Positions 9,279 to 19,905 of a DNA stretch of 64,000 bases are shown here, piece after piece. Both the position numbers and the translations under genes were made by a program. Each line of letters opens with the position of its first letter. Positions within the stretch are counted from its first letter, which is position 1. The notes below the pieces were generated by a model. That model did no database searches and was not told the origin of the DNA. It saw nothing but the letters and a program-made list of their open reading frames with translations. This stretch comes from Bacteroidota bacterium (GTDB lineage Bacteria; Bacteroidota; Bacteroidia; NS11-12g; UBA955): contig JABMMZ010000078.1 in the NCBI GenBank assembly GCA_013205405.1, forward strand, positions 2,616 through 66,615, read 5' to 3'.

Positions 9279-10154
9279 TTAATTACTAACCATCTCAGGT
9301 GAAATTTTCTTAATTAAACCCTGCAATACCTTACCGGGTCCAAGTTCGGTAAATTGAGTAGCCCCATCTAAAACCATGGCTTGCACACTTTGCGTCCATT
9401 TTACAGGAGCAGTTAATTGTTTTAATAGGTTAGCTTTTATGGCATTGGCATCACTCACTGCATAAGCCGTTACATTTTGATATATTGGGCAACTTGGATT
9501 TTGAAAAACAGTATTTTCTATGGCCAAGGCCAATTGCTCTTCTGCGGGTTTCATGAGTGGTGAGTGAAAAGCACCACCTACTGGTAATAATAAAGCCCGT
9601 TTAGCGCCAGCTTCTTTTAGTTTTTCGCAAGCCTCATTTACAGCTTCTATGCTTCCAGAAATTACCAATTGCCCCGGACAATTATAATTGGCAGCTACCA
9701 CTACGCCACTTTTTATACTATCACATATTTCTTCTACTTTACTATCGTCTAAACCTAATATTGCTGCCATGGTACTTGCTTGCATTTCGCAAGCTTGTTG
9801 CATTGCCATGGCGCGTTGGTACACTAACTGCAAACCATCTTCAAAAGTCAAAGCGCCTGTAGCTACCAAAGCCGAAAACTCTCCCAAACTATGACCTGCC
9901 ACCATATCAGGTTTAAACTCGGTACCTAAGCACTTGGCCGCAATAACAGAATGTAAGAATATAGCGGGTTGCGTAATTTTAGTTTGTTTTAAACCTTCGT
10001 CTGTACCACTAAACATTTCATCTGTAATGCTAAAACCTAAAATTTCATTAGCCGTATTGTAAAGTGTTTTGGCTATTTCGAATTGGTCGTATAAATCTTT
10101 TCCCATACCCACAAATTGTGCGCCTTGACCGGGGAATACGTAAGCATGTTTCAT
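9279..10154 (-). CDS. fabD: Malonyl CoA-ACP transacylase
   Basis: FPGQGAQ, TQPAI, AGHSLGEF and GAFHSPLM motifs. Confidence 0.97.
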   Translation of the reverse strand: MKHAYVFPGQGAQFVGMGKDLYDQFEIAKTLYNTANEILGFSITDEMFSGTDEGLKQTKITQPAIFLHSVIAAKCLGTEFKPDMVAGHSLGEFSALVATGALTFEDGLQLVYQRAMAMQQACEMQASTMAAILGLDDSKVEEICDSIKSGVVVAANYNCPGQLVISGSIEAVNEACEKLKEAGAKRALLLPVGGAFHSPLMKPAEEQLALAIENTVFQNPSCPIYQNVTAYAVSDANAIKANLLKQLTAPVKWTQSVQAMVLDGATQFTELGPGKVLQGLIKKISPEMVSN

Positions 10155-10453
10155 TTTATTTATTGTTGAATTGTTATATTGTTTAAGTCATTCTAAACTA
10201 ATCTCATTAAACTTAGTGAAATAAAAATGCACTCATTTATTCAGTACTATTTCATGAAGCGAATCTGAATAATCTAATTTTGCTATTGTTGAATTTTTTT
10301 GCCAATTGCCGATTTAGAATATGCCTACTATATTTCACCAATTTAATTATTCCAATTGTTTTATATTTATGTTTCAATGTTAGTTTAAAAAGAAATAATT
10401 TCAAAATTTTTATATTGAGATATTTTTATTAATGTTGAAGAAATAAAATTTAT

Positions 10454-11383
10454 ATGAAAAATTATTTATTGCAATTTAAAAGTTCAGCCTTTAATGGTTC
10501 ACTAACTTTATTTGGAAGAATATTATTGCCAAATATCCTTATCAGTATTATTACTTCCATATTTGCTGCCGTTCTTGTTCTGCCTTTAATTGCTAAAGGT
10601 TTGGGGATGAGCATGATAGATATGCAAGGAAAAAATCAAGCGCTTTTTAAAAATATAATGGAAAGTATCAAAGATGGCGAAAGTCCAGCCAGTGCTTTTG
10701 TTTCTAACTTAGGAGAGCCTAATGTTTTGCTCATATTTACAGGGGCTATTATTTCAATAATAATTGGTTGCTGGCATTTATACTTGCTTTTTAAATTAAA
10801 CGATAGTGAAGTTAGAACAGGAGATAATGGCACTTTGAGCGCTTTGAAAAATTCTTTCTCATCCAAAATTTTTAGCCTTTTAGGATTAGTTTTTATTATG
10901 TATTTATTGATAGTTGTTGGATTTGCATTAAGTGTTATTTTAGTTATTTTTATAATTAAAGGACTTGGCGTAATTGGCGGTATCATTGGTTTTTTTTTAT
11001 TTTTATTCCTAGTAGCTTTAACACTTCGATTTTCAATTGCGCCCGCTGCGATGATTCATGGCAATATGTCTATTAGTGATAGCATAGGCTATAGTTGGCA
11101 TAATATTACCCTAAGACGTTCTTTTTTATTACTTCTAATAAGTATTGTTTTTATGATTATTAGCGTTATTGCAACTGGTCTATTAACTATGCTTGTATAT
11201 TTAATAGTTCCAAAGGGAGATAATATGTTCTTATTTATTACTAGTCGAGTGATAAGTGGTGCAATAGCCGCTGTATTTTCTGCCTATATGTATGCTGCAA
11301 TAAGTGCTATTTACTTTAAATTTTCAACTGATGATGATGGTGAAATTCAAGAAGAGGAGATTCAAGAACACTTAATTAATTAA
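10454..11383 (+). CDS. Hypothetical integral membrane protein
   Basis: 309 aa with about 6 hydrophobic segments and an acidic tail. Confidence 0.8.
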   Translation: MKNYLLQFKSSAFNGSLTLFGRILLPNILISIITSIFAAVLVLPLIAKGLGMSMIDMQGKNQALFKNIMESIKDGESPASAFVSNLGEPNVLLIFTGAIISIIIGCWHLYLLFKLNDSEVRTGDNGTLSALKNSFSSKIFSLLGLVFIMYLLIVVGFALSVILVIFIIKGLGVIGGIIGFFLFLFLVALTLRFSIAPAAMIHGNMSISDSIGYSWHNITLRRSFLLLLISIVFMIISVIATGLLTMLVYLIVPKGDNMFLFITSRVISGAIAAVFSAYMYAAISAIYFKFSTDDDGEIQEEEIQEHLIN

Positions 11384-11937
11384 TTTTCACTTATTTCTCC
11401 ATGAATATCCAATGGGCAGTCTTTACTTACTTTTGATTCTATTAAGCCTTTGATATCGTAACCTTTTTGTGGCAAGTAAGTCATATTGATTTCATGGCTG
11501 TTCAATAATTTCTCATCTTGAATAATGAGGGTTACCTTTTCTATTTCTTTATTTACATTGAACTGAATTTCTATTAATTTTAGCATTGGCTGCTTAACAT
11601 TACTACGATACGAAATAAAATAACGTCCGTTATTAAGTATAAAAGTATCAATATCATAAAGTTTCAATTGACTAAATTTAATAACTCCATATTGCTTAAA
11701 AACTGCTAATTCTTTGTCCCAATTAGGGTTTTTTATTTTATTTGAATTCACAGATTCTCCTTGAACAATAGTTTTATTCAGTATTAATTTCTTTTGTTTA
11801 AGAAGGTTAATTTCAGAATTAAAAAATGAATTTAAGCTAAAACCTTCCTTTTGTTTTTCAATAATAGGCTTACAACCTACCATTAGCCAAATCAATAAAA
11901 TTATATAAGTAAAGCACTTAAAACAATTCATTGCCAT
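11380..11937 (-). CDS. Hypothetical lipoprotein
   Basis: Lipobox-like LMVGC; overlaps the gpmI stop, so probably co-transcribed. Confidence 0.75.
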   Translation of the reverse strand: MAMNCFKCFTYIILLIWLMVGCKPIIEKQKEGFSLNSFFNSEINLLKQKKLILNKTIVQGESVNSNKIKNPNWDKELAVFKQYGVIKFSQLKLYDIDTFILNNGRYFISYRSNVKQPMLKLIEIQFNVNKEIEKVTLIIQDEKLLNSHEINMTYLPQKGYDIKGLIESKVSKDCPLDIHGEISEN

Positions 11938-13444
11938 CCATTTCTACTGGTTTTTTAAGATTCATTAATTTAAGAATACTTGGCGCTATATCTGCCAATT
12001 TCCCTGCATTGGGTATCTGTATGCATTTATCACTTATAATAAAACACGGAACAGGATTCATACTGTGGGCAGTATTAGGCGTTCCATCCTCATTTCTGGC
12101 ATTATCAGCATTACCATGATCGGCCAATATGATAAATTGATAGCCTTTTGACAAGCCTAACTTTACAATTTTTTCCACACACGAATCTACCGTTTCAGCA
12201 GCTTTTATTATGGCTTCCCAAACACCTGTATGCCCCAACATATCTGTATTTGCAAAGTTCAAACATATAAAATCATGGATGTTATTTTCTAATTCATTTA
12301 ATATTTTATTTGTTAATGGAATAGCACTCATTTCTGGTTGTAAATCATAAGTGGCTACTTTGGGCGATTGCTCCATAATTCTTGTTTCACCTTTGAATGG
12401 CTCCTCTCTTCCTCCAGAAAAAAAGAACGTTACATGCGGATATTTTTCAGTTTCCGCACTTCTTAGTTGTTTTAAACCAGCATGGCTTATTATTTCACCT
12501 AAAGTATTTAAGGTATGATGGGTTAGGAATAAAATATGAATATTCTTATACGTTTCATCATATTCGGTCATGGTAGCATAATACAAGTTTAAAGCGCGCA
12601 TATTTTGTACTTCAAAGTTTTCTTGTGTTAATGCTTGACTAATTTGTCTACCTCTATCAGTTCTGAAATTAAAACACAACACAGCATCGCCTTCTTTTAT
12701 GGTTGCTATAGGAACACCATCTTTATCTGTTATAATACTTGGCCTTAAAAACTCATCTGTTATATTATCTCCATAATTTTCTTCAATAGCCTGACTAGAT
12801 GAGGTGTATTTATCGCCTACACCATTTACCATTAAATGATAGGCTAAGGCTGTGCGTTCCCATCTTTTATCTCTATCCATGGCATAATATCGTCCTACTA
12901 TACTTACTACTTGAGCATTGGTTTCCTTTATACCTATTTCTAGTTCTTCAATAAATTTTATGGCACTTTTAGGATCCGTATCTCTACCATCGGTAAATGC
13001 GTGAATAAATATTTCTTGAACACCTTTGCTATGCATTATTTTACATAATGAAATAATGTGCTGTAATTCACTATGAACTCCGCCATTACTTACTAAACCC
13101 ATTAAATGTAATGGCTTATTATTTTGAATACAATAACCTGCCAAATTCTGTATACTTTGCAATTTAGCAGCTTCCCCATCTTCAAATTGCTTATTGATTA
13201 AAGCTAATTGTTGCCACACCACTCTACCTGCGCCTAAATTCATGTGCCCTACCTCACTATTACCCATTTGCCCCTCTGGCAAACCTACTGCATTTCCAAA
13301 TGTAGTTATGGTTGTGTAAGGAACTGTTTGGTATAATGAATTTATAAATGGTGTATTAGCGTTTTGGATCGCATCCGTAAAATCCTTTTTACCTATTCCC
13401 CATCCATCTAAAATCATTAAAAAAGCTTTTGAATATTGAGACAT
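11918..13444 (-). CDS. gpmI: 2,3-bisphosphoglycerate-independent phosphoglycerate mutase
   Basis: ILDGWG, GQMGNSEVGH, DGRDT, AETEKYPHVTFFF and ADHGNA motifs. Confidence 0.97.
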   Translation of the reverse strand: MSQYSKAFLMILDGWGIGKKDFTDAIQNANTPFINSLYQTVPYTTITTFGNAVGLPEGQMGNSEVGHMNLGAGRVVWQQLALINKQFEDGEAAKLQSIQNLAGYCIQNNKPLHLMGLVSNGGVHSELQHIISLCKIMHSKGVQEIFIHAFTDGRDTDPKSAIKFIEELEIGIKETNAQVVSIVGRYYAMDRDKRWERTALAYHLMVNGVGDKYTSSSQAIEENYGDNITDEFLRPSIITDKDGVPIATIKEGDAVLCFNFRTDRGRQISQALTQENFEVQNMRALNLYYATMTEYDETYKNIHILFLTHHTLNTLGEIISHAGLKQLRSAETEKYPHVTFFFSGGREEPFKGETRIMEQSPKVATYDLQPEMSAIPLTNKILNELENNIHDFICLNFANTDMLGHTGVWEAIIKAAETVDSCVEKIVKLGLSKGYQFIILADHGNADNARNEDGTPNTAHSMNPVPCFIISDKCIQIPNAGKLADIAPSILKLMNLKKPVEMDGNELF

Positions 13445-13448
13445 GCGG

Positions 13449-13456
13449 CAAATATA
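13449..13456 (-). promoter_or_regulatory. Bacteroidota -7 promoter box (TATATTTG) 4 nt upstream of the gpmI ATG
   Basis: Minus strand reads TATATTTG-CCGC-ATG, matching the TAnnTTTG consensus. Similar boxes precede many other genes in the window. Confidence 0.7.
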
Positions 13457-13520
13457 CTTTGCAAATAGTAAATGCCCATTATATTATTTGCAAATATTAT
13501 TTGCAAATATTATTACATAA

Positions 13521-13550
13521 AAAATCCCAACTTCTGAGGGTTGGGATTTT
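13521..13550 (-). terminator. Intrinsic terminator after rpmE
   Basis: AAAATCCCAAC-N8-GTTGGGATTTT hairpin with a T-run on the minus strand. Confidence 0.8.
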
Positions 13551-13569
13551 AATATACTTTAATAAAAAA

Positions 13570-13818
13570 TTACTTTTTGTCGTAACGTTTTTTGAATTTA
13601 TCAATTCTACCTGCAGTATCTACAAGTGTTTGTTTGCCAGTAAAGAAAGGGTGACTTTTATCAGAAATCTCTAATTTATAAATAGGATATTCGTTACCGT
13701 CTTCCCATTTAACTGTTTCTTTAGTTTCAACACAACTGCGTGTTATGAATGAATAATCGCTCGTTAAATCTTTGAATACTACAAAACGGTAATTGCTTGG
13801 GTGTATGCCTTCTTTCAT
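13570..13818 (-). CDS. rpmE2: 50S ribosomal protein L31, type B
   Basis: [17 protein letters not shown]…[21 protein letters not shown]; no CxxC motifs. Start set at ATG 13818. Confidence 0.96.
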   Translation of the reverse strand: MKEGIHPSNYRFVVFKDLTSDYSFITRSCVETKETVKWEDGNEYPIYKLEISDKSHPFFTGKQTLVDTAGRIDKFKKRYDKK

Positions 13819-13880
13819 GATACTTATTTTCTTTTTGGGAGTGCAAAAGTAAGTCAATGATTTTATTTATGCAAACCTTT

Positions 13881-15530
13881 TTAAAAATTATTTCTTTTTT
13901 GATTATAATTCAACCTTAAACCAAACGTAAGCATTCTGTTTTCTTGCTTACCTTGCTTTCTGTAATTAATGCCTAAATCTATGAATAAATTGTGCTTCAA
14001 CATATACGCAGCTGAAAAATCGGCAATTATTAAATTTTGAGAATTGCCTATAAACATAGCTGCATTATTGCTGGTTGCTCGAGTATTATTGTCTCTTAGA
14101 ATATTACTGCCGTAGTTTCTGCCTAAAAGAGAACTGTCTTTTCCTAGTTTAGTAGATATTATTGAAGCAGTTATAAACCATCTGTAAGCCGGTTTATATT
14201 TTATTTCTAAAATTACTTCACTAAAATTAGCCCCTAGTGGATGTGCTAATGGCTGATTAAAATGACTAAAACTTTGTGTAGTTCTAAAGTGACTGTAGGT
14301 GTATGGGCGCACACGGTTGTATTCTGCTAAAATATCCAATCGGTTAATTTTCATAAAATTAAAGGCTCGTCCGCCTATTTGATACCCATATTTATTCCCC
14401 CACCAATTGCGATTACTTTTTAGCTGTTTCAAACTAAGCTCATCTAAGAGAAATTGCCCATAAAACAAGTACCTCTTGCGCCAATTCCAATTAAAGTCTA
14501 AGGCTATCAAGCTATTGTCGCGACTGCCAAGATTGCTTTCTATAGCTCTATAAAAAATAACAGGATTTAAATAATTAAAATCAAATTGATTGGCTTGGGT
14601 GCTATCTTTTCTGTCAAAAACTACCATTTCATTTACCCCAAAGCTAAGATTTCTTAAAACATCAATACTTAAACGGTGAATAGCTGCGTATTTTTTTCCA
14701 AATAAAGTATTGCCTAGTATCTGCCCATTATCTGTAAATTGGGTAAAAAGGTTTTGATAATGAACCTTGCCAACATCTGAATTAATTTTAAAAAAAAGAT
14801 ATTGTGGGGCAAAATCATTTAAGATTAAAGAACGATAGCCATTGCCAATTTTATTTTTATCGTGTCCAAATTGAAATTTAATATAGTTTTTGGCTGCATT
14901 AAAAGTAATATAACCCCTTGCTTGAAAATAATCTACAGCTCCTTGTTTTTTAAATTTCTTAAAGAATAATTCATTGGGCACAAAATTTAAAGAATCTTGT
15001 AATTGCTGGTATTGTAAAGGTAATAATGCTTGATTTTCTGTAAAATAAGTATAAAAGCCTACCCCTTTTAAAGGACCACCAATATTACCCCAAATTTCTG
15101 CCCCTCTTGTATTTTGAAATAAGGTTTTGCCAGTGGCTGATTCTTGTCCACCCATAAAATTGATTACAGGATTAATAACCAATACATGATCTTCTTTTTT
15201 AATACTATAGAATGCACCAATATAATTGTAAAACATGCGTCTTTCATGTATTTTACCACCCACTTTATTCGGTCTTTTAATTTGTAAATTATCATTGCCC
15301 AAATAGCTTGAATTGCCACTATTATCCAATGTTCCTATGAGTTCCAATTGCTTCAAAGTATCTTCCTTATATCTTAATGGACGATTTGTATATTGCGTAC
15401 CTCTAAAATTAGTCACACTTTCTCTAATCAACTCATACTCCCCTAGGCTACTAGTAGGATAATAAATATGCTGCGCTTTTGACTCTATAATAACAACAAA
15501 AGAAATTAAAAGGATTACTTTTTTTAACAT
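13881..15530 (-). CDS. Outer-membrane beta-barrel protein (capsule assembly Wzi/RemB-like)
   Basis: Signal peptide; GNGYRSLIL, YLNPVIFYR, YGQFLLDE, EYNRVRPYTYSH and LAHPLGANF motifs; terminal Phe. Confidence 0.75.
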   Translation of the reverse strand: MLKKVILLISFVVIIESKAQHIYYPTSSLGEYELIRESVTNFRGTQYTNRPLRYKEDTLKQLELIGTLDNSGNSSYLGNDNLQIKRPNKVGGKIHERRMFYNYIGAFYSIKKEDHVLVINPVINFMGGQESATGKTLFQNTRGAEIWGNIGGPLKGVGFYTYFTENQALLPLQYQQLQDSLNFVPNELFFKKFKKQGAVDYFQARGYITFNAAKNYIKFQFGHDKNKIGNGYRSLILNDFAPQYLFFKINSDVGKVHYQNLFTQFTDNGQILGNTLFGKKYAAIHRLSIDVLRNLSFGVNEMVVFDRKDSTQANQFDFNYLNPVIFYRAIESNLGSRDNSLIALDFNWNWRKRYLFYGQFLLDELSLKQLKSNRNWWGNKYGYQIGGRAFNFMKINRLDILAEYNRVRPYTYSHFRTTQSFSHFNQPLAHPLGANFSEVILEIKYKPAYRWFITASIISTKLGKDSSLLGRNYGSNILRDNNTRATSNNAAMFIGNSQNLIIADFSAAYMLKHNLFIDLGINYRKQGKQENRMLTFGLRLNYNQKRNNF

Positions 15531-15640
15531 ATAGCTTTGGCAAATTTAAGGGAAATTGAATTAGAAGTAGTAATGCTGTAAAACCAAAAAAATATTTATA
15601 AAAATTAATTTACCAAATAAAATTTTAGCTGTGAGAAAAT

Positions 15641-17554
15641 CTAACCCACCACTGCCACTCCCAACACTCCTGCTATTTGATTTCTTATATCCATTAACTG
15701 GATATAATATTGCATGCAGTTTTCTTGGACTTCAGGGGTTTCTGCTTCGGCAAATTCTTTTAAATGATTGGTAATTAATTCATTTACTTTATTTAATTTT
15801 AAAAACAGAAAAACAGATTGTAAATCTTTTACATAGTTTCCTTTTTCATCAGTTATAACAGTCCCATTCTCGGCCCAATAAGGACTTATTTCATATTTTT
15901 CTGTGAGATAAGTGCCCGCTAAATTTCTAATTTCTGAATTGGCATGGTTGATAAAAAACTGTTCGCTCAACGCTAGTTCTTCAGCCATAAAAGTCTGCAC
16001 TTCGTTTAATATTTCTTGATACAAAGGATGTTTTATTTCCAGTGCATCATCTTCATGTAATTCTTTAAAAATAAAATCAGCTACTGTTGCCTCTTCCATA
16101 AATTTTTTATACCCACTTTGTATTAATAATCTTACCAAACCTTCTTCTTGTTCAACCCCAGCAAAGTATTGCTCTGGTTGAGGAAGTGGTGCTTGCAAAA
16201 TTTCCTGTATTTCACTTTCTATATTTTGGCTAGAAATAAAACTACCTTTTTTTCTGAGTTTATTAATTTCAACTAACAGTAATTTTTCATCTGTATCCAT
16301 TAATTTACTGCATTCGCGCGCATAAGCTGCACGCTTAAGTGCGTCCGGAATCAATGAAATACTTACTAATAAATTTTTAACTACTTCGGTCTTTTTTATT
16401 GGATCATTAGCTACCCCTTGCATCAGTAAATCTGCCTTAAAGATTATAAAATCCTTATTTTGTGATACTAAAAAATCTTGAAAAGCTGAAGTGCCTAACT
16501 TTTTACAATATGAATCAGGGTCTTCCCCTTCTGGAAAACTAACAGTACGCACATTTAAACCTTGTTCTAATAGCAAATCTATTCCTCTGATAGAGGCTTT
16601 TACACCTGCTGCATCTCCATCATACAAAACTGTTACATTGTCTGTAAAACGTTTAATTAACTTTATTTGCCCTTCTGTAAGTGAGGTACCTGAAGAGGCA
16701 ACTACATTTTTAATTTCAGATTGATGTAAGGTGGTTACATCGGTATAACCTTCTACTAAAAAGCAATTGTTTTTAGCTTTAATTTCTTTTTTAGCTTGAA
16801 ACATGCCATAAAGCACATTGCTTTTATGGTATACTTCGGTTTCAGGCGAGTTTAAGTACTTTGGCGATTTATCATCTTTCACCAATTGTCTGCCACCAAA
16901 AGCTATCACTTTTCCACTTAAATCGTGAATAGGAAAAATAACTCTTTGCCTAAACATATCAAAATAAGTACCTTTTTCTTCGCGCTTTTTAATTAATCCT
17001 GCATCTACAAAAAAATCTAAATTAAACTTATTTTTTTCGGCTTCGTTTACCAAACTTTCCCAACCGGCTGGCGAATAGCCTAGTTCAAATTCATCAATAG
17101 TTTGTTGTGTAAAACCACGTTCTCTAAAATAACTATCGCCTGCTATTTTGCCTTCTTCAGTATGTAGTTGTTCTTTAAAATAATCTTTAGCAAAGGTTAA
17201 AGCTATAAGTAAACTTTCTCTTTTTTGTTGCTTTTCATTGTATGCTTCGCTATTTTGGTGCGTATCTTCTTCAAGCGTTATATTGTATTTGGCTGCTAAT
17301 TTTCTTATTGAATCTGAAAACGATAAATTATCGTGTTCCATTAAAAAACTAACCGAATTGCCTGCTTTGCCGCAACCAAAACATTTATAAATACCCTTAG
17401 CTGGTGAAACAGTAAAAGAAGGCGATTTTTCATCATGAAAAGGACAGCGCCCCAATAAGTTTGCACCTCTTTTTTTTAGGGTAATATACTCTCCTATTAC
17501 CTCGTCAATTATTGCCGAATTTAATACTAAATCTATGGATTGACGAGAAATCAT
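15641..17554 (-). CDS. dnaG: DNA primase
   Basis: CPFH…CFGC zinc finger, KYLNSPET, VEGYTDV and TOPRIM YDGDAAG. Confidence 0.98.
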   Translation of the reverse strand: MISRQSIDLVLNSAIIDEVIGEYITLKKRGANLLGRCPFHDEKSPSFTVSPAKGIYKCFGCGKAGNSVSFLMEHDNLSFSDSIRKLAAKYNITLEEDTHQNSEAYNEKQQKRESLLIALTFAKDYFKEQLHTEEGKIAGDSYFRERGFTQQTIDEFELGYSPAGWESLVNEAEKNKFNLDFFVDAGLIKKREEKGTYFDMFRQRVIFPIHDLSGKVIAFGGRQLVKDDKSPKYLNSPETEVYHKSNVLYGMFQAKKEIKAKNNCFLVEGYTDVTTLHQSEIKNVVASSGTSLTEGQIKLIKRFTDNVTVLYDGDAAGVKASIRGIDLLLEQGLNVRTVSFPEGEDPDSYCKKLGTSAFQDFLVSQNKDFIIFKADLLMQGVANDPIKKTEVVKNLLVSISLIPDALKRAAYARECSKLMDTDEKLLLVEINKLRKKGSFISSQNIESEIQEILQAPLPQPEQYFAGVEQEEGLVRLLIQSGYKKFMEEATVADFIFKELHEDDALEIKHPLYQEILNEVQTFMAEELALSEQFFINHANSEIRNLAGTYLTEKYEISPYWAENGTVITDEKGNYVKDLQSVFLFLKLNKVNELITNHLKEFAEAETPEVQENCMQYYIQLMDIRNQIAGVLGVAVVG

Positions 17555-17654
17555 TTTTTACAAAGGGCAAATATAATAAAGAATTATATGAATATAATTT
17601 GTAGCCGAAAATAAGTAGGACAGAATAAAATTATTATTTTTGAGTTTTAAGGTT

Positions 17655-17964
17655 ATGAAAAAAGTATTTTTGATAATTCTAATTTTTATATTTAATCAAA
17701 GTTATTCGCAGCAAAAGGATACTTTGAAATACCAATTTAAAGTTAATATTTATTCTTTGGTTAATAAAGGATATGGAAGTGCTTTTAATTTGGGCTTTGA
17801 AACATGCCAAAAAAGAATAAACTATGGTGTAGATTTTTTTACATACTAATAAATATAGAAATGGATTTGCGTCTTTAGATTTTAATCCAGTAATGAGTTT
17901 TAAGCTTGCTTATAAATTTGGCAAGAAAAAACATACAAAAAAACCAAAAGTGAAATGGATTTAA
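17655..17964 (+). pseudogene. Remnant of an outer-membrane beta-barrel protein (DUF3575-like) with an internal deletion
   Basis: Signal peptide plus …FKVNIYSL…FNLGFE… stops at 17849. A different frame then gives …FNPVMSFKLAYKFG…, a typical final barrel strand, ending in TAA at 17964. Confidence 0.55.
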
Positions 17965-17968
17965 ATTC

Positions 17969-19078
17969 TTAAGCACTAACCAATTTAGGATTTTCTCCTA
18001 GTTGCGCCATCATGGCAAAATGCGATTTAACGGCTAACCAAAAACTTTTGAATTCATTGTGTGGCACGTTGTGGTTTTTGCAAATTTCTTTAACAATGGG
18101 TCGTATAGCAGGATAATGAACATGGCTTACTTTAGGGAACAAATGATGTTCTACTTGAAAATTCAAACCACCCAATGCCCAAGTAAGGAATTTACTATTC
18201 GGACTAAAATCAAATGTAGTTTTCATTTGAAAAATAGCCCAATCTTCTTCAATTTTAGCTATGTTTCCTAGGTTTTGTGCATCTGCAAAATCTACTCCTT
18301 GCACTATATGCGCCAATTGAAACACAACAGACATAACTATGCCCATTACAAAATTGTACAAAAAGAAGCCAATTAAGAACTTAGATACTCCTAAAAATAC
18401 AATAGGTGTAATTACCCAAACGGCAATAAAATAAATCTTAGTGAACCAAAAAATAAGATGGTTTTTTAAACTCATTTTAGGCAGTTCGGTAGTATGCACT
18501 TTATTGGTAAAGTACTTGTTAAAATCCATATAAAATATCCAAAACAAGGTAGAGATACCATATAAGAACAACATATATTTATGCTGATTTTTATGCATAC
18601 TGTTATACGGTTGATTAGGAGACATTCTTAAAAAAGGCGGTTTGAAAATATCATCATCTACCCCATCAATATTTGTATAGGTATGATGCAAAACATTGTG
18701 TTTTACTTTCCAATAATAACAATCGGCCCCTAAAAAGTTTAGACTGTATCCAAATATTTCGTTTATGGTACTATTATTAGAAAATGCACCATGACATGAG
18801 TCGTGCATAACATTAAAACCAATAAAAGCCATAAAAGTGCCCATGGTACATAGCATTAAAATACTTACCAAGTTAGGCAATTGAATACCAAACCAAGCAT
18901 TTGAAAATACAAGCGTAAGGTAAATACTAATAACCACGGCATACATAAAAAATGCTTTTAAAAACAAAGACGTATTACCTCTTTGACTTTTACCATTCGC
19001 TTTAAAATATTGTTTAATGGCTTCGCTTATATCTTTATGAAATTCTCTATTGTTGGTTGCAAATGTAATTTGTGGCAT
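17969..19078 (-). CDS. Membrane fatty acid (acyl-CoA) desaturase
   Basis: His boxes HDSCH, HNVLHH and QVEHHLFP. Confidence 0.93.
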   Translation of the reverse strand: MPQITFATNNREFHKDISEAIKQYFKANGKSQRGNTSLFLKAFFMYAVVISIYLTLVFSNAWFGIQLPNLVSILMLCTMGTFMAFIGFNVMHDSCHGAFSNNSTINEIFGYSLNFLGADCYYWKVKHNVLHHTYTNIDGVDDDIFKPPFLRMSPNQPYNSMHKNQHKYMLFLYGISTLFWIFYMDFNKYFTNKVHTTELPKMSLKNHLIFWFTKIYFIAVWVITPIVFLGVSKFLIGFFLYNFVMGIVMSVVFQLAHIVQGVDFADAQNLGNIAKIEEDWAIFQMKTTFDFSPNSKFLTWALGGLNFQVEHHLFPKVSHVHYPAIRPIVKEICKNHNVPHNEFKSFWLAVKSHFAMMAQLGENPKLVSA

Positions 19079-19214
19079 ACTTGTGGGGTATATTTACTGC
19101 AAAAATAATAATAATTAGGGTATTTAAAATGAATATTTATAGTAAGCTAATTTATAGGAATTTAAATTATTAAAAGAATAAAAATATTCAATAAAATTGA
19201 CATTATTTTGCAGA

Positions 19215-19853
19215 ATGTTTACTATTCAATCATTCTGTTTTAATCCTTTTCAAGAAAATACGTATTTGCTTTACAATGAAAATAAGGAAGCTATAATAAT
19301 AGACCCCGGCATGTATAATGCTTACGAACAAAAAGAGTTTTCAGATTTTATATCATCCAATCAGTTAACTCCTCAATTTTTATTAAATACCCATTGCCAT
19401 ATCGATCATGTTTTAGGAAACAAATATTGTATGGAAAAATACAATTTACCTTTACAAATACACAAAGACGATTTGCCTACTTTGCAAAATGCCAATGTTG
19501 CCGCTACTATTTACAGTATCCCTTATGACAAATCACCTGAGCCTTCAATTTTTTTAACTGAAAATGATTCCATTACTTTAGGTTTGGACATATTATCAAT
19601 TCTCTATACGCCCGGTCACTCTTCGGGCAGTATTAGTTTTTATTGCGAAGATCAAAATTTTATTATAAGTGGTGATGTTCTATTTGAGCAAAGTATAGGC
19701 CGAACCGACCTGCCTGGTGGGGATTTTCAAACACTGATAAACAGCATTAAAACTCAATTAATGCCATTTCCTGATATTACCCAAGTGCATAGTGGGCATG
19801 GCAATGTAACAAGTATTGGAAATGAACGCCAATTTAATCCGTATTTAACATAA
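19215..19853 (+). CDS. MBL-fold metallo-hydrolase (glyoxalase II-like)
   Basis: THCHIDH, TPGHS, GDVLF..SIGRTD and GHG motifs. Confidence 0.93.
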   Translation: MFTIQSFCFNPFQENTYLLYNENKEAIIIDPGMYNAYEQKEFSDFISSNQLTPQFLLNTHCHIDHVLGNKYCMEKYNLPLQIHKDDLPTLQNANVAATIYSIPYDKSPEPSIFLTENDSITLGLDILSILYTPGHSSGSISFYCEDQNFIISGDVLFEQSIGRTDLPGGDFQTLINSIKTQLMPFPDITQVHSGHGNVTSIGNERQFNPYLT

Positions 19854-19886
19854 AAAAAGCCAACTCAAAAAATGAATTGACTTTTT
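19852..19886 (-). terminator. Intrinsic terminator (queA side; possibly bidirectional)
   Basis: Minus-strand GTCAATTCA-N5-TGAGTTGGC followed by T7, between convergent genes. Confidence 0.7.
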
Positions 19887-19905
19887 AAATGACTTTAATA
19901 TTTGA

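Noticed and set aside
13570..13818. Zinc-free type B L31 as a sign of zinc-starvation regulation
   Set aside because: Type B L31 is the normal form in Bacteroidota, and I recognised no Zur box.
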